A model generated the notes under the pieces. The model was given only the letters and a program-made list of their open reading frames with translations, was not told where the DNA came from and searched no databases. A stretch of DNA of 64,000 nt. Origin: Schmidtea polychroa. Lineage: Eukaryota. Where the stretch lies: the NCBI GenBank assembly GCA_044892525.1, contig CM097886.1, positions 153,140,001-153,204,000 on the forward strand, read 5' to 3'. Below are positions 1-10,959 of this stretch, piece after piece; the first letter of the stretch is position 1, and each line of letters starts with the position of its first letter. The position numbers and the translations under genes were made by a program.

Positions 1-59
1 GTATACTTTACCCAAATTATTGTTCATCGAAAGAACATGATAATAATTGCCATTCTATA

Positions 60-3000
60 ATGGAGAATTATTATACGAAAAAATATTATAATAAAACTTA
101 TTTTATATGTCCCGTATGTAAGACTAGTGACCCCGTAACATATAGCGTTTTTTATAATAAACATAAAAATCATTTAGATAGGTTTAATTTTAAAAAAGAT
201 AGTGTTTTTAAAAGACCCTCAACTATAGAAAAAAATAATAAAAATAAAAAAATTAAATTAGATACTTCTTCTTTTGAATCCCAGGTCGGATTGCCTTTTG
301 TGGAATCCAATGATGGATTGGTTGTCGAATCCCATGATGGATTGGTTGTTGAATCCCAGGTTGGATTAGATAATATTTCCCTTGACTCTTGGGATGGATT
401 AAATATAATACAAATAGGTGGAAATGTTCCAATAATACAAAAAGATCTAAGAGGTACCCATCAAATATTAAGCTTAAATACAAGCGACTTAAATATAAAA
501 GAAATAATATTTCCTGAACAACTAATAAAAAAATTACGAGATATTATTAACGAATTAGGCTCCGTCAAAATTCAATTCGGAATAACAATCGAATTTGAAA
601 AAGACGGGGAAATAAAGGTTAATAATATCTCAAATTATGCAAAGCCTTTAACTGCATCATTTTTTGATGAAGGCATTAAGGAATTAAATGAGAAAATTAC
701 TAATATTACTGAGTTAGGAAGCAGTTGGAATATAAAAAATATCACTGAAATACATTTCACCATAACAAAAATAAGTAGGCTAAGTAGATTAAGTGGTAGG
801 AGTTTCATTGAAACACCTACTTATCTAAAAAATAAATATTGTTTAATTAATATAAAAAACACCGATGATTCATGTTTTTTATATAGCATTTTAGCTATTT
901 TAAAATATGATGAGGTTAGTAGTTATGCTAGAAATAGGACATCCAGTTATAATTTATCTGAATTAATATATAATCCATTGGACTTACCCATGAAATTAAA
1001 AGATATTAGAAAATTCGAGGCCAAAAATCCAGGCTTAATAATTAACGTTTTTTCTTATGACAATAACAAACAATTAATAGATAATTACGTATTAAAACAC
1101 CCACATTTAGATATTATACATCGTTCCAAAGTTTTAAATGGAACTGTAATTAATTTACTATTATTAAATAAAGGAAACAATTTCCATTACGTTGCTATAA
1201 GTAATTTAAATAAGTTAATGAATTGTCATATCAACACTAGTTGTCCTACACGCATACGTTCATTATGGTGCCATCGGTGTTTGAATGGGTTTAATAATAA
1301 ACACGCACTAGAAAAACATGAAATATTATGTAAACGTAATCAATTAGGAACAACTCTTTACACCTTCCCTCAAAATAAATTATTACAGTTTACTGACTGG
1401 TCGAAAACAGTAACTCCGCCTTTTGTAGTTTATGCAGATTTTGAGGCTATTTTACCTTCTGATAATGATCATTTCCAACGACACATGCCAATATCTGCTG
1501 GTCTTTTACTTGTAAATAACTTTGACGGATCTAAATCTTATCAGCAGTTCATAGGTTTAGATTGCGTCGAGAGTTTTTTAAGTGCTATAGAGGATATAGC
1601 ATTAAATAAGGTTCTTCCTTTTTATTATAAAATGGGTAGGAAACCTATGATGAAATTAACAAAAATTGAACAACGTCAATTTGTTAGTGCATCTGTTTGT
1701 TATCTTTGTATGAAATCTATCGTCGATCCTGTTAGAGATCACGATCATTTTACGGGGAAATACTTGGGTGCAGCTTGTAGCACATGTAACGTAAATAGGA
1801 AAATAAATAAAATTTTGCCTATCGTATTTCACAACTTGAAGGGATACGATATGCACCATATACTTAAATATGGATTAAATAAATTTAAAAATTGGAATTT
1901 AGGGTGCATCCCAATAACTACGGAAAAATTTATATCTTTGATTGCTCATTTAGGTAAAATTAGCCTAAGATTCATTGATTCGTATCAATTTGTCAATGAT
2001 TCTTTGGCTAAAGCAGTCAAAACTTTGAATTCTTTGCCTTTTACTAATTCTGCTTTTTCTGGCACCATAGTAAGTGAAAAAGGAATCTTCCCTTATAATT
2101 TCGCCACTTCTTTAGATATTCTCCAAACTACTTATGAATTACCACCAATCTGGGAGGGTGTCACTGAGCTTGAGTATGAAAAAGCTCAGGAGATTTGGGT
2201 AGAAACTAATTGCGTAACTTTATTAGATTATATGATGATCTACCTAAAACTTGATTGTTTTCTTTTGGCTGATTTCTTTCATCAGTTTCGGTTGAAATCC
2301 ATTGCTCACAATAGATTGGAACCATTGAATTATTTCGGAATTCCAGGCATGTCTTGGTCTTCTGCATTAATGTCTTTAAATGAACCAATTGAACTCATAA
2401 CTGAAAACGAAATGTTTAGCTTTTATGAGGGTGGAATAAGAGGCGGTCTTACTTTTGTGAATAAGCATTACGTAAAAACCGACGAGAACACTGAGTTACT
2501 ATATATAGATATTAATAATCTTTATGGCTGGGCTTTAAGTCAATCATTACCTTGTGGCGAATTTTGTTGGGTTCTTGATGGATTTGATAAAATAATGGAT
2601 GAATGTAGGAATTTAAATCTTGAATCTTTGTCTTATGGATACACACTTGAAGTTGATCTTGTAATTCCTTCTGAGCTTCATGATAAGTTGGATGATTTCC
2701 CTGTAGCTGCTGAAAAAATGAAACCTGCTGGGTCTAAGGTTGAAAAATTATTATTAACTCATCTTCCAAAATCTAATTATGTTATTCATTGGAGATTATT
2801 AAAATTATATTTGGAACTTGGTGTTAAAGTAACACGTGTAAATAGGGGTGTAAGATTTAAGCAATCACCAATTTTTAAAAAATATATAGATACAAATACC
2901 GAATTAAGATCAAAAAGCGTAAATAGCTTAGATAAAAATTATTATAAATTGCTAAATAATAGTTTATACGGCAAAACAGTTGAAAATTTAAAGAGAAGAA

Positions 3001-3848
3001 TGAATCTTCGTCTTTGTACAACTGCCGGTAAATTAGTTAAATATTCGTCAAAACCAACTTTTAAAAAATCTATTAAAATAGCAGATAATTTAATTGCAGC
3101 ACTATTGAATTCCGATTCTATATGTTTAGATAGACCGAGTTACATTGGTCAATCTGTACTTGATCTATCTAAACTTAGAATGTATGAATTGCAATATAAG
3201 GATCTGGAATCATTTCGCAATGAGTTTAATTGTAAAATTAATATCGTTGCAGGTGATACAGATTCTTTTTTCCTCGAAGTCATTAACTGCAAACTTGAGG
3301 TTCTTTTACCTGCAATGGTTCGAGATAATTTATTGGATACTTCCAATTACAATAGTTGTCATTCCTTATATAGTAAGAACCTTGATTCAGTCATTGGAAA
3401 GTTCAAAGACGAGAATAAAGGTCTTAAATATAAGGAGTGGGTTTTTCTTAGACCTAAATGTTATAGCTTGTTGGGTGATGAGGAAACAAAAAAGGCTAAA
3501 GGTGTAACATTGAAAGGTAGTGACATAAAACATCAGTCATACCTGGATTGTTATAACACTAACCAGATTTTTTCGGTTCCTCAGACTAAAATAACAAGCA
3601 AAAATCATCAAATTTTTACAATTAAAAACACAAAAATAGCACTAACTAACAAAGATGACAAAAGGGTTTGGGTGGGGCAAAATACTAGTCTTGCATATGG
3701 GCATGTAAGATTAAGTGAATTAAATATTGCAGAAAATGTTTCAGAAAATGTTGGAGAAAATGATGGAGAAGATGAGGAAGAATTAAATGAAGATTTTGGA
3801 GAAGATGACATCGATATCGATGACGTTATTTTGTCCGATGAGGACTAA
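60..3848 (+). CDS. Protein-primed family B DNA polymerase (pPolB) of a Polinton/Maverick-like element
   Basis: Uninterrupted 1262-aa ORF. Exonuclease motifs: ExoI VYADFE, ExoII FHNLKGYD, ExoIII YLKLDC. Polymerase motifs: GGIRGG, motif A YIDINNLYG, motif B KLLNNSLYGK, motif C GDTDS, then GKFKDE, RPKCY, KAKGV, DDKR. Confidence 0.95.
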   Translation: MENYYTKKYYNKTYFICPVCKTSDPVTYSVFYNKHKNHLDRFNFKKDSVFKRPSTIEKNNKNKKIKLDTSSFESQVGLPFVESNDGLVVESHDGLVVESQVGLDNISLDSWDGLNIIQIGGNVPIIQKDLRGTHQILSLNTSDLNIKEIIFPEQLIKKLRDIINELGSVKIQFGITIEFEKDGEIKVNNISNYAKPLTASFFDEGIKELNEKITNITELGSSWNIKNITEIHFTITKISRLSRLSGRSFIETPTYLKNKYCLINIKNTDDSCFLYSILAILKYDEVSSYARNRTSSYNLSELIYNPLDLPMKLKDIRKFEAKNPGLIINVFSYDNNKQLIDNYVLKHPHLDIIHRSKVLNGTVINLLLLNKGNNFHYVAISNLNKLMNCHINTSCPTRIRSLWCHRCLNGFNNKHALEKHEILCKRNQLGTTLYTFPQNKLLQFTDWSKTVTPPFVVYADFEAILPSDNDHFQRHMPISAGLLLVNNFDGSKSYQQFIGLDCVESFLSAIEDIALNKVLPFYYKMGRKPMMKLTKIEQRQFVSASVCYLCMKSIVDPVRDHDHFTGKYLGAACSTCNVNRKINKILPIVFHNLKGYDMHHILKYGLNKFKNWNLGCIPITTEKFISLIAHLGKISLRFIDSYQFVNDSLAKAVKTLNSLPFTNSAFSGTIVSEKGIFPYNFATSLDILQTTYELPPIWEGVTELEYEKAQEIWVETNCVTLLDYMMIYLKLDCFLLADFFHQFRLKSIAHNRLEPLNYFGIPGMSWSSALMSLNEPIELITENEMFSFYEGGIRGGLTFVNKHYVKTDENTELLYIDINNLYGWALSQSLPCGEFCWVLDGFDKIMDECRNLNLESLSYGYTLEVDLVIPSELHDKLDDFPVAAEKMKPAGSKVEKLLLTHLPKSNYVIHWRLLKLYLELGVKVTRVNRGVRFKQSPIFKKYIDTNTELRSKSVNSLDKNYYKLLNNSLYGKTVENLKRRMNLRLCTTAGKLVKYSSKPTFKKSIKIADNLIAALLNSDSICLDRPSYIGQSVLDLSKLRMYELQYKDLESFRNEFNCKINIVAGDTDSFFLEVINCKLEVLLPAMVRDNLLDTSNYNSCHSLYSKNLDSVIGKFKDENKGLKYKEWVFLRPKCYSLLGDEETKKAKGVTLKGSDIKHQSYLDCYNTNQIFSVPQTKITSKNHQIFTIKNTKIALTNKDDKRVWVGQNTSLAYGHVRLSELNIAENVSENVGENDGEDEEELNEDFGEDDIDIDDVILSDED

Positions 3849-3889
3849 TTTTATTGAATAAATTTTATATCTTTACATTTGTTATTTGG

Positions 3890-4010
3890 TAAATTTTTAT
3901 GTTTGTTATGTGTCTAGTTCATTTTTATGTGTTTAGTTAATGTTTATATGTTTTGTTATGTGTCTAGTTATTTTTATGTGTTTAGTTAATTTTTTATGTG
4001 TTGTATAGTA
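3890..4010. repeat. Two ~51-bp tandem copies in the subterminal region
   Basis: TTGTTATGTGTCTAGTT..TTTTTATGTGTTTAGTTAAT occurs twice in tandem. Confidence 0.8.
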
Positions 4011-4035
4011 TTTGGTTGATATATTATTAATATTA

Positions 4036-4073
<38 letters not shown>

Positions 4074-4329
4074 TCATAAAAATTTTCATTAAAAATTATC
4101 TTAAAAATTATTCTATTAAAATTTCCATTAAAAATTACCATTGAAAATTATTCATAAAAATTTCTATTAAAAATTACTTAAAAAATAATTCATTAAAATT
4201 TCCATTAAAAAATTTCAATTCTCAAACACCTTCTATTTTTGTTAATAAATTTAAAAATCTTACTTTAATTTACTTATTACATTACTTTAATTTACTTATT
4301 TAAAAATTATTACTTTAATTTACTTATTT

Positions 4330-4885
4330 AACTTTAATTTAAATTTTTTTTTACCATTGATTATTTAATTTTAAAATTTGGACCTTAATTAACTTTAATT
4401 TAATTTTTAGAACCATAATTTACTTTAATTTTAAAATTTTTGACCATTATTTACTGTAATTTAATTTTTAGAACCATTTACTGTAATTATTTACTGTAAT
4501 TTAAAATATTTGGACCATTATTTACTTTAATTTAATTTTTTAGAACCATTATTTACTTTAATTTAAAAATTTGGATCATAATTTACTTTAATTTAAATTT
4601 TTGGACTGTAATTCAAAAATTTTGACCATAATTTACTTTAATTTAATTTTTAAGAACCATAATTTACTTTAATTTAAAAATTTGGACCATAATTTACTGT
4701 AATTTAATTTTTTAGAACCATTATTTACTTTAATTGAAAAATCTTAGCCCATAATTTACTTATTTAGACCATAATTTATTTTATTTCAAAAATAAATCTG
4801 AACCTTGATTTACTTAAATTTTTAGACCCATCATTTACTTTATTTTTAAATTTTAGACCCATAATTTACTTTATTTTAAAAATTT
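4330..4885. repeat. Degenerate ~30-bp tandem array (about 18 units)
   Basis: Repeated unit like GACCATAATTTACTTTAATTTAAATTTTT, with (G/T)GACC and AGAACC variants largely alternating. Confidence 0.85.
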
Positions 4886-6796
4886 ACTATGCGTTTTTTA
4901 ATGTAAACCACCTTTTCTATTGAAATTCTCATGACCAAGAAGATCCCCTCACTATAGTGTGAAAAATCCATGCTTTTTTATTGAAGACTACCTTTTTCTA
5001 TTGAAATTCTCAGGACCAAGGAGACCCACCCAAATAATATTTATCCTTGGCTTGTTTATTGAAAAAAAAAAAAAAAAAAAAAATTTGTATTTAAAATCCC
5101 AGAAAACATTGGGCATTACGGCAACAATTATGTAATCAAAATAATGTCTACGGAAAAAGTTATGCAATCAAAAGTTTGCAACATTTGTTACCCCCCCCCC
5201 TATTGCTGCCGCGGGCCACTAACTCCCTACTGGTATTGATTCTGACTTCTCATGCTCTTTGTCTCAGTTATCAAGATAAAACCAAACACAAAACAGTTTA
5301 TTAAATATCAACAAATTTTGATACAAAGTTCTCAATTACACTCTTAGTTCTGAACTATTTAATAAAAATTAAAAGCAGGGAGACCGATTTATTCAGATTT
5401 GACAATCATTTTTATCTTTTTTAAAATTTGAATTGTCTCAGCTTCTTACTCTTTAATCACAATATAGTACTTTCCTCGCTTACACCAACTGGCCTTTGTC
5501 CAAAATAGTTGTTTACTTTTACTTATTCTGCTTACATGCACGATTAAATCAGCATCGATCAAAATTTCGAAAAACCGAATAATTAAACAGGCACCATCTC
5601 ACTATTTTCTATTTTAAAACTAATTATATAAAGATTCTGGCTTTTACGTGTCAGGTTTTTTGTGACCATGGGAAAAAGTTTGCAACGACTCACTATAATA
5701 TTTCTATAATGACTCATGACACATAGACTGAGTAATGCTTTTATTCAGCCCTTCTAAAGCTATAGCATCAGATTCGATTAGTCAACTTGCTTGAGATGTT
5801 CTCAAACCTGTCCCTAGATCGAGAAGACTTATTTCAATTGTATCAACGAAATACGAAAGACTGTAAAGTGGAATATCTAAGTTAAATTATCAAAAATTCT
5901 ACGGAACCATTAAAAATAACTGAATATTACGATGAATAATTGTCCGGTAAAATTTTTTGTGTTTGATTAAGTTCTCGATTTTCAGTAAAATATCTATATA
6001 TGACATCAAGAATTTGGTGAAAGAAAAAATCAGTTAGTATTAAATAATTTCTCACCCAAATAAGTTGACTTTTGTCGTAGTTTTCATTAAGCTCTTTTAT
6101 AGAACATTATGATTCCAATTAGAAACAAAATTACAACATCAAAACAAACAATAATAATATTAATTTTAACTAAAACCTCCGGATATTACCTATAATAATG
6201 ACAATATTCCTGGCTCAAACAGATCCTCGATAATATTAATGGTGCTAATTAATGACTAAAAATTATCATTAGATAATTTAAAAGATTCTAACATTGTGCG
6301 GTAAAATAACTAAAATACTTTAGTATTTTAAATTATCATATTTATCTTTTAATTTCACCTTTGATCATTTATTAATTCATTAATTTTCATATTATTATTT
6401 CAAATAATTTATTTGTAAGACTAGATCAATTAAAAATTTATGGAACACAGTGTTTATCAAGTGTGTATTTCAATCGTTATATAAATTTAATTTTAAAGTG
6501 ATTTTATTGGTTAAAATTTTATTAATTTAATTATAATTTAATTTTGAATTATATAAAATTTTCGGAGAATTGAATGTTAATAGATGATTTGTGTTTTTAA
6601 TGAATTTTTAAATCTGTATTTTAAATCCAATAATTTACCACTGAATCGGCCAAGTTAAACAAAAAAAACCAATCGTTTATTTTGTATTTTCAACATTAAT
6701 TTAATATAACATAACCAAAAGAAAAGAATTTTGAATAACTTTAATAAATTATTGTGAAATAAAGTTAAAAATCAATAATTCCAAATTATTAGTTTA

Positions 6797-9700
6797 TCAA
6801 TACTGTGAACGCTTAACAACTTTTAATAAAATTGGTGTAATAGGCGCAGTCAATCCGAATTTTTTAAATTTCATTTCATCCTAAAACAATATCAATATAA
6901 AAATGGTAGAAATATGTTTTACGAGAGTTTCTGAACAGGGCACGATTTCAAATTTTTGTAAAATAGTCACAATTGCCCATTTCACCTCAAGAAGAGCAAA
7001 TCTCATTCCAACACAATTCCTTGGTCCCATTCCAAACGGCATAAAAGAGTAGCCTCCACGAGTTTTCTTATTTTCATCATCAAATCTTGATTTATAACAT
7101 CAATAGTCAATCTTTCGACATTTCAATGCACATAATTTAACTATTATAATAATTGTATAATAAAATCTTATAAACTTGTGAAATCAAATATCAACGTGGA
7201 ATTTTATATTGGAAAGAATACCAATTCAGAAATTTTGGTAGTTAATCTAAACCCGCCAAACTTAATATCAACGGCCACCCACCCACAAACAAGTAGAAAT
7301 TTTCGGGAGAAGGAGAGAAGCAAAAAATATCAAAAGGAGAGTGTGGCAAAATACGAGAATTAGAGCAACAGAAAAAGAACCCTCAATTTTATTCGGTTTT
7401 TTTGATCCTAACAAATTCATTATTAGGTTGGTGATAAAATTAAAACTCTTACTCTGACTCCAAGCGTGTCTTTAACTAACCCATAAATAACACTTGACAA
7501 AAGAAGTCTATATTGATAATCACAAAAATTTCCACTTTACACTGCCAATAATTCAACACACCGCTCGGTGACTATACGATGATTATTGCAACATTTAGTA
7601 ACGAATAGCACTTGTGTACAATACCGGATTGAAAGATTACTAACTACTGATTTGTTTATCAACTGGGACTTTGAGTTGGTTGTTTTCTTTGACCTTCTTC
7701 GAAAACTTTATTCAAATATTCAAATAACTTCTTTTCGTTTATTTCTCAACTAATTATGTCAAAAACGGAGCAATTACAACGATTATTGGAGTATATAAGA
7801 AAACTCCAAATTCATATAATCGGCAGTAGCGTTGGTAGGGACGAAGAAACCGAGAATAGGAGTTTGGGGAAAAGAAGCAGAAACTGTTCATGTTTAAATT
7901 CAAGATAACGCATAATAATTTTATTTCCATCCACAGAGCCAGTTTTGAATAACAACAGTTTGTCCATGTCAATACCATAAGATAATGCCATCATTGAACA
8001 ACCTAATGGTCGCATCTCAGTTAATTGGGTAGAAAGCTGCTTAATATCCGCAATAGAACGACATATTATGTCACAAGGCATTTCATATCCATGTTTATAT
8101 CTAAATCGAGCTGCTTCCATTTGTGCACGACATACTTGAGATCGATAATCAGGGATCATACCAGTCATAACACCTCCAGTACTTTCAGTAATATTAAACA
8201 ATCTTGTAGCTGAACTCTTCTCAATCATTTTATCTGGAACCTTTCTTTGTGTAGCTACTACATCACAATTATTGCATCGAATACCAACGGAAATCCATCC
8301 ACCAAATAAATTTAATATTAATTGGCCAAAACCCACCACTAAAGTTATCAGATTCATACATTTCTTTATTAAAAGCAGCCATCATTAACAACTCTTTCCT
8401 TAAATCGAAACATAACTCATTCCAATACAATCGATCGATAAAAATCTAAATCTAAAAATTAGAACAAAATTACAACAACTAATTCATAAAAATTGCCATA
8501 CCTATTGCTCGCGTCTGTGTGCGCATACAAGCCAAAAACAAAGAAAAGAAAAGCGCACACAGACGCGAGATAAACTAACAACCCAACACAAAAATGACAT
8601 TGCTCGCGTCTGTGTGCGCACACAAATACAACGCACACACAGATGCGCATTGAGCTCACAATTTTCCAGAAACTGAAAACGAGAATTATAAAAGGAGCTG
8701 AAGGGTTTGAACGAAAGAGATTATCAAAGGAATTCGGATCAAAGAGTGAAAAAGAGAATCACCAGGTGAAACTTAGTTTAAATCGAACAAGGTCGAGACA
8801 TTACAGAGCGAAGCTCGATCCGGTATTGTAACGACTGTTGCTGATTGAAAATTGTTATTTATCACTGAGAGTTGTAAAATTGTAATAAACAAATATACGT
8901 TGGGAATTTTTGTTTATCGATTTTGGAATACGTGAAGTCAGAGTTATTAACGGTTGACTTTTCAATGTTACAAAACCCAACATTCGGTTACAGGAGGTAG
9001 GAAACGGATAATTATGCTAGGAGATTCAAAGGCGATATAGCCTGAAAAAAAAATCATGTCTCATAACCTAATTGAAGACGTGTGTTTGTCATACAAATAT
9101 ACGAAGCATTAAAATGATCGCTAACATCCTCAATTCGATGAGTCATGCTTTCCATCAGTCAATCAGAACGCTTTATGCCAGAGAGCTCACGTCTACCTAC
9201 TCACATCAGTGACGAGAAAATATAGAATTCATAATCGAGACATGTAAGATAATGAAATACCAGCTGACTAATGTAATCTTTGCGTCACCCACACACGTCG
9301 AATGTTTATTTATCTATCACACAACACAGCGAGAACCTTCTATCATACACACATTAGACACGACGCCCAAAAATTCAAAATTATTGTTAACTATGGCTGA
9401 ATATCGTCGATGAGGATGTATGTGGTAGTTAAAAATCTAAGAGAGGATTCACGAACGACACGAGAAGTTTGATTTTCAAATTTAGTAGGGAATTAAATTA
9501 TTAACGTAATAATAAAATCAATAAAAAAATCAAAGTTTTATCAAGGTTCCTTTAATTTCAACGAAATGAATTATAGAGATTTCTCGGGCAGACCAGTAGG
9601 TGACGATGAAACAAGTACAAGTGCAGTAGACGCGAACGGAGAAACGGATCTAGAGAAACTCAAGAACAGGTATCAACCAATGGAGAGCACCTGGTTTCAA

Positions 9701-10920
9701 CCTGTGGTCATGAGACTACAACACCAGTTGATCGAACAATTACAAAACCAACTCGACCGTTAAAGATGAGAGAGCGACAGCTAGAGAATTAAAGAAACCA
9801 GGCAGAGGTAAAGAACTAAGTGCCTGAGGAAATCCATCTAATGACAGAAACAGAAATATTTACGGTGGACCATCCGAACCAATGGGTTGTAGAGTCAAGG
9901 ATCCGGCTGACCCCGGCCGACATAAGAGAGTGCCCCAATGTCGAGCTCACAGGGAGGCGAGCATAACAGGTTATACCTGCCGAAATTTGAAAGTGTCAAG
10001 GCACCTGAGATGCCCGATGATCTATCAAGACTTGTAAATAAAAAATAAAGTTTTTTTAAACAATGGACTGAGTCTCCTTCTGTAGGCCAGTCATCGAATA
10101 ATTTATACATTATACATAATAATAATACATTTAAAAATATAACATTTTACTCAATTTTAATTAAAATTCACTGAAAAGAAATTAGACACAACAATCCTTC
10201 ATTCAAAAATCATTCTTTTGATAATTTAATTTTCTTATTCTCAATGAAATCATGGTGATTTGATATTCGCTTCTTATTTTCATTTAGACTGAAATTATAA
10301 TCAGCTTTGATTGTAAAACAAATTATTTGAATACACTAAATCCTTTTTATTCTGAAAACTTCCTATGTCTATTCAGATAAGATTTTTATAGATTTAGATC
10401 AAACCGCCCAACATAACATAACATCAGGCCACACGGAAAGTCGCAAAACCCACGGGAACCCGGAAAGTCACAGTAAATGAAAAATATAGTTATGAAAATT
10501 AATATTTAAAAAAAGTAATTTTTTTTCTTTTGTTGAAAATAGAAAATAGGATTTTCTTATTGATATAAGGAATTTATTTAGAAGTATGATTTATTTACTG
10601 TGGCCGCTGTATGAGAAATCAAATAATAACTCGATCTAATCGTACGTGTTTAAAAGGATTCTTTCCGATTTGGCGAACCCAGATTTTGTTTGTGTGTTAC
10701 ATTATTTATAGCTCATTTTCTGTCGGGTCTAAAAAGAATTAATCGAGGTTGTGATAATATTACGGCTGGTGGTGGATTTAGAGGTGTTTGGTCCGAATTT
10801 GCAGTTTGTAGAAAAATTATTGTTCAACTAGCTGTTTTCTTTTAGTTTTCGGGTTCTCCCAAGTCACATCCCAATAGAGGGTAATTGACTTTAGTAATCA
10901 GGGGCATCAGGACGTTGAGA

Positions 10921-10959
<39 letters not shown>

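Larger units (their letters stand above)
1..5231 (+). mobile_element. Right-hand portion of a Polinton/Maverick-like element (left part outside the window)
   Basis: pPolB is followed by tandem subterminal arrays and a GC-richer tip ending ...CACTAACTCCCTACT at 5231 (reverse complement AGTAG..., the usual Polinton terminal motif). The end position is inferred because the partner TIR and TSD are not in the window. Confidence 0.7.

Noticed and set aside
253-3811. Short antisense and alternate-frame ORFs overlapping pPolB (also those overlapping the transposases and pol)
   Set aside because: They are shadow ORFs of long coding sequences with no independent evidence.
4330-4885. Regular ~30-bp repeats as a possible CRISPR array
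   Set aside because: The units are adjacent and degenerate with no unique spacers, the context is eukaryotic, and there are no cas genes.
5062-5083. A22 run as a retroposon poly(A) tail
   Set aside because: No upstream SINE/LINE body or TSD; it lies inside the Polinton subterminal region.
8826-8972. TGTAAC...GTTACA segment as a solo LTR, with a gag-like ORF at 9566
   Set aside because: Flanks GGTAT/AAACC give no TSD, no PBS follows, and the downstream ORF has no motif I can identify.
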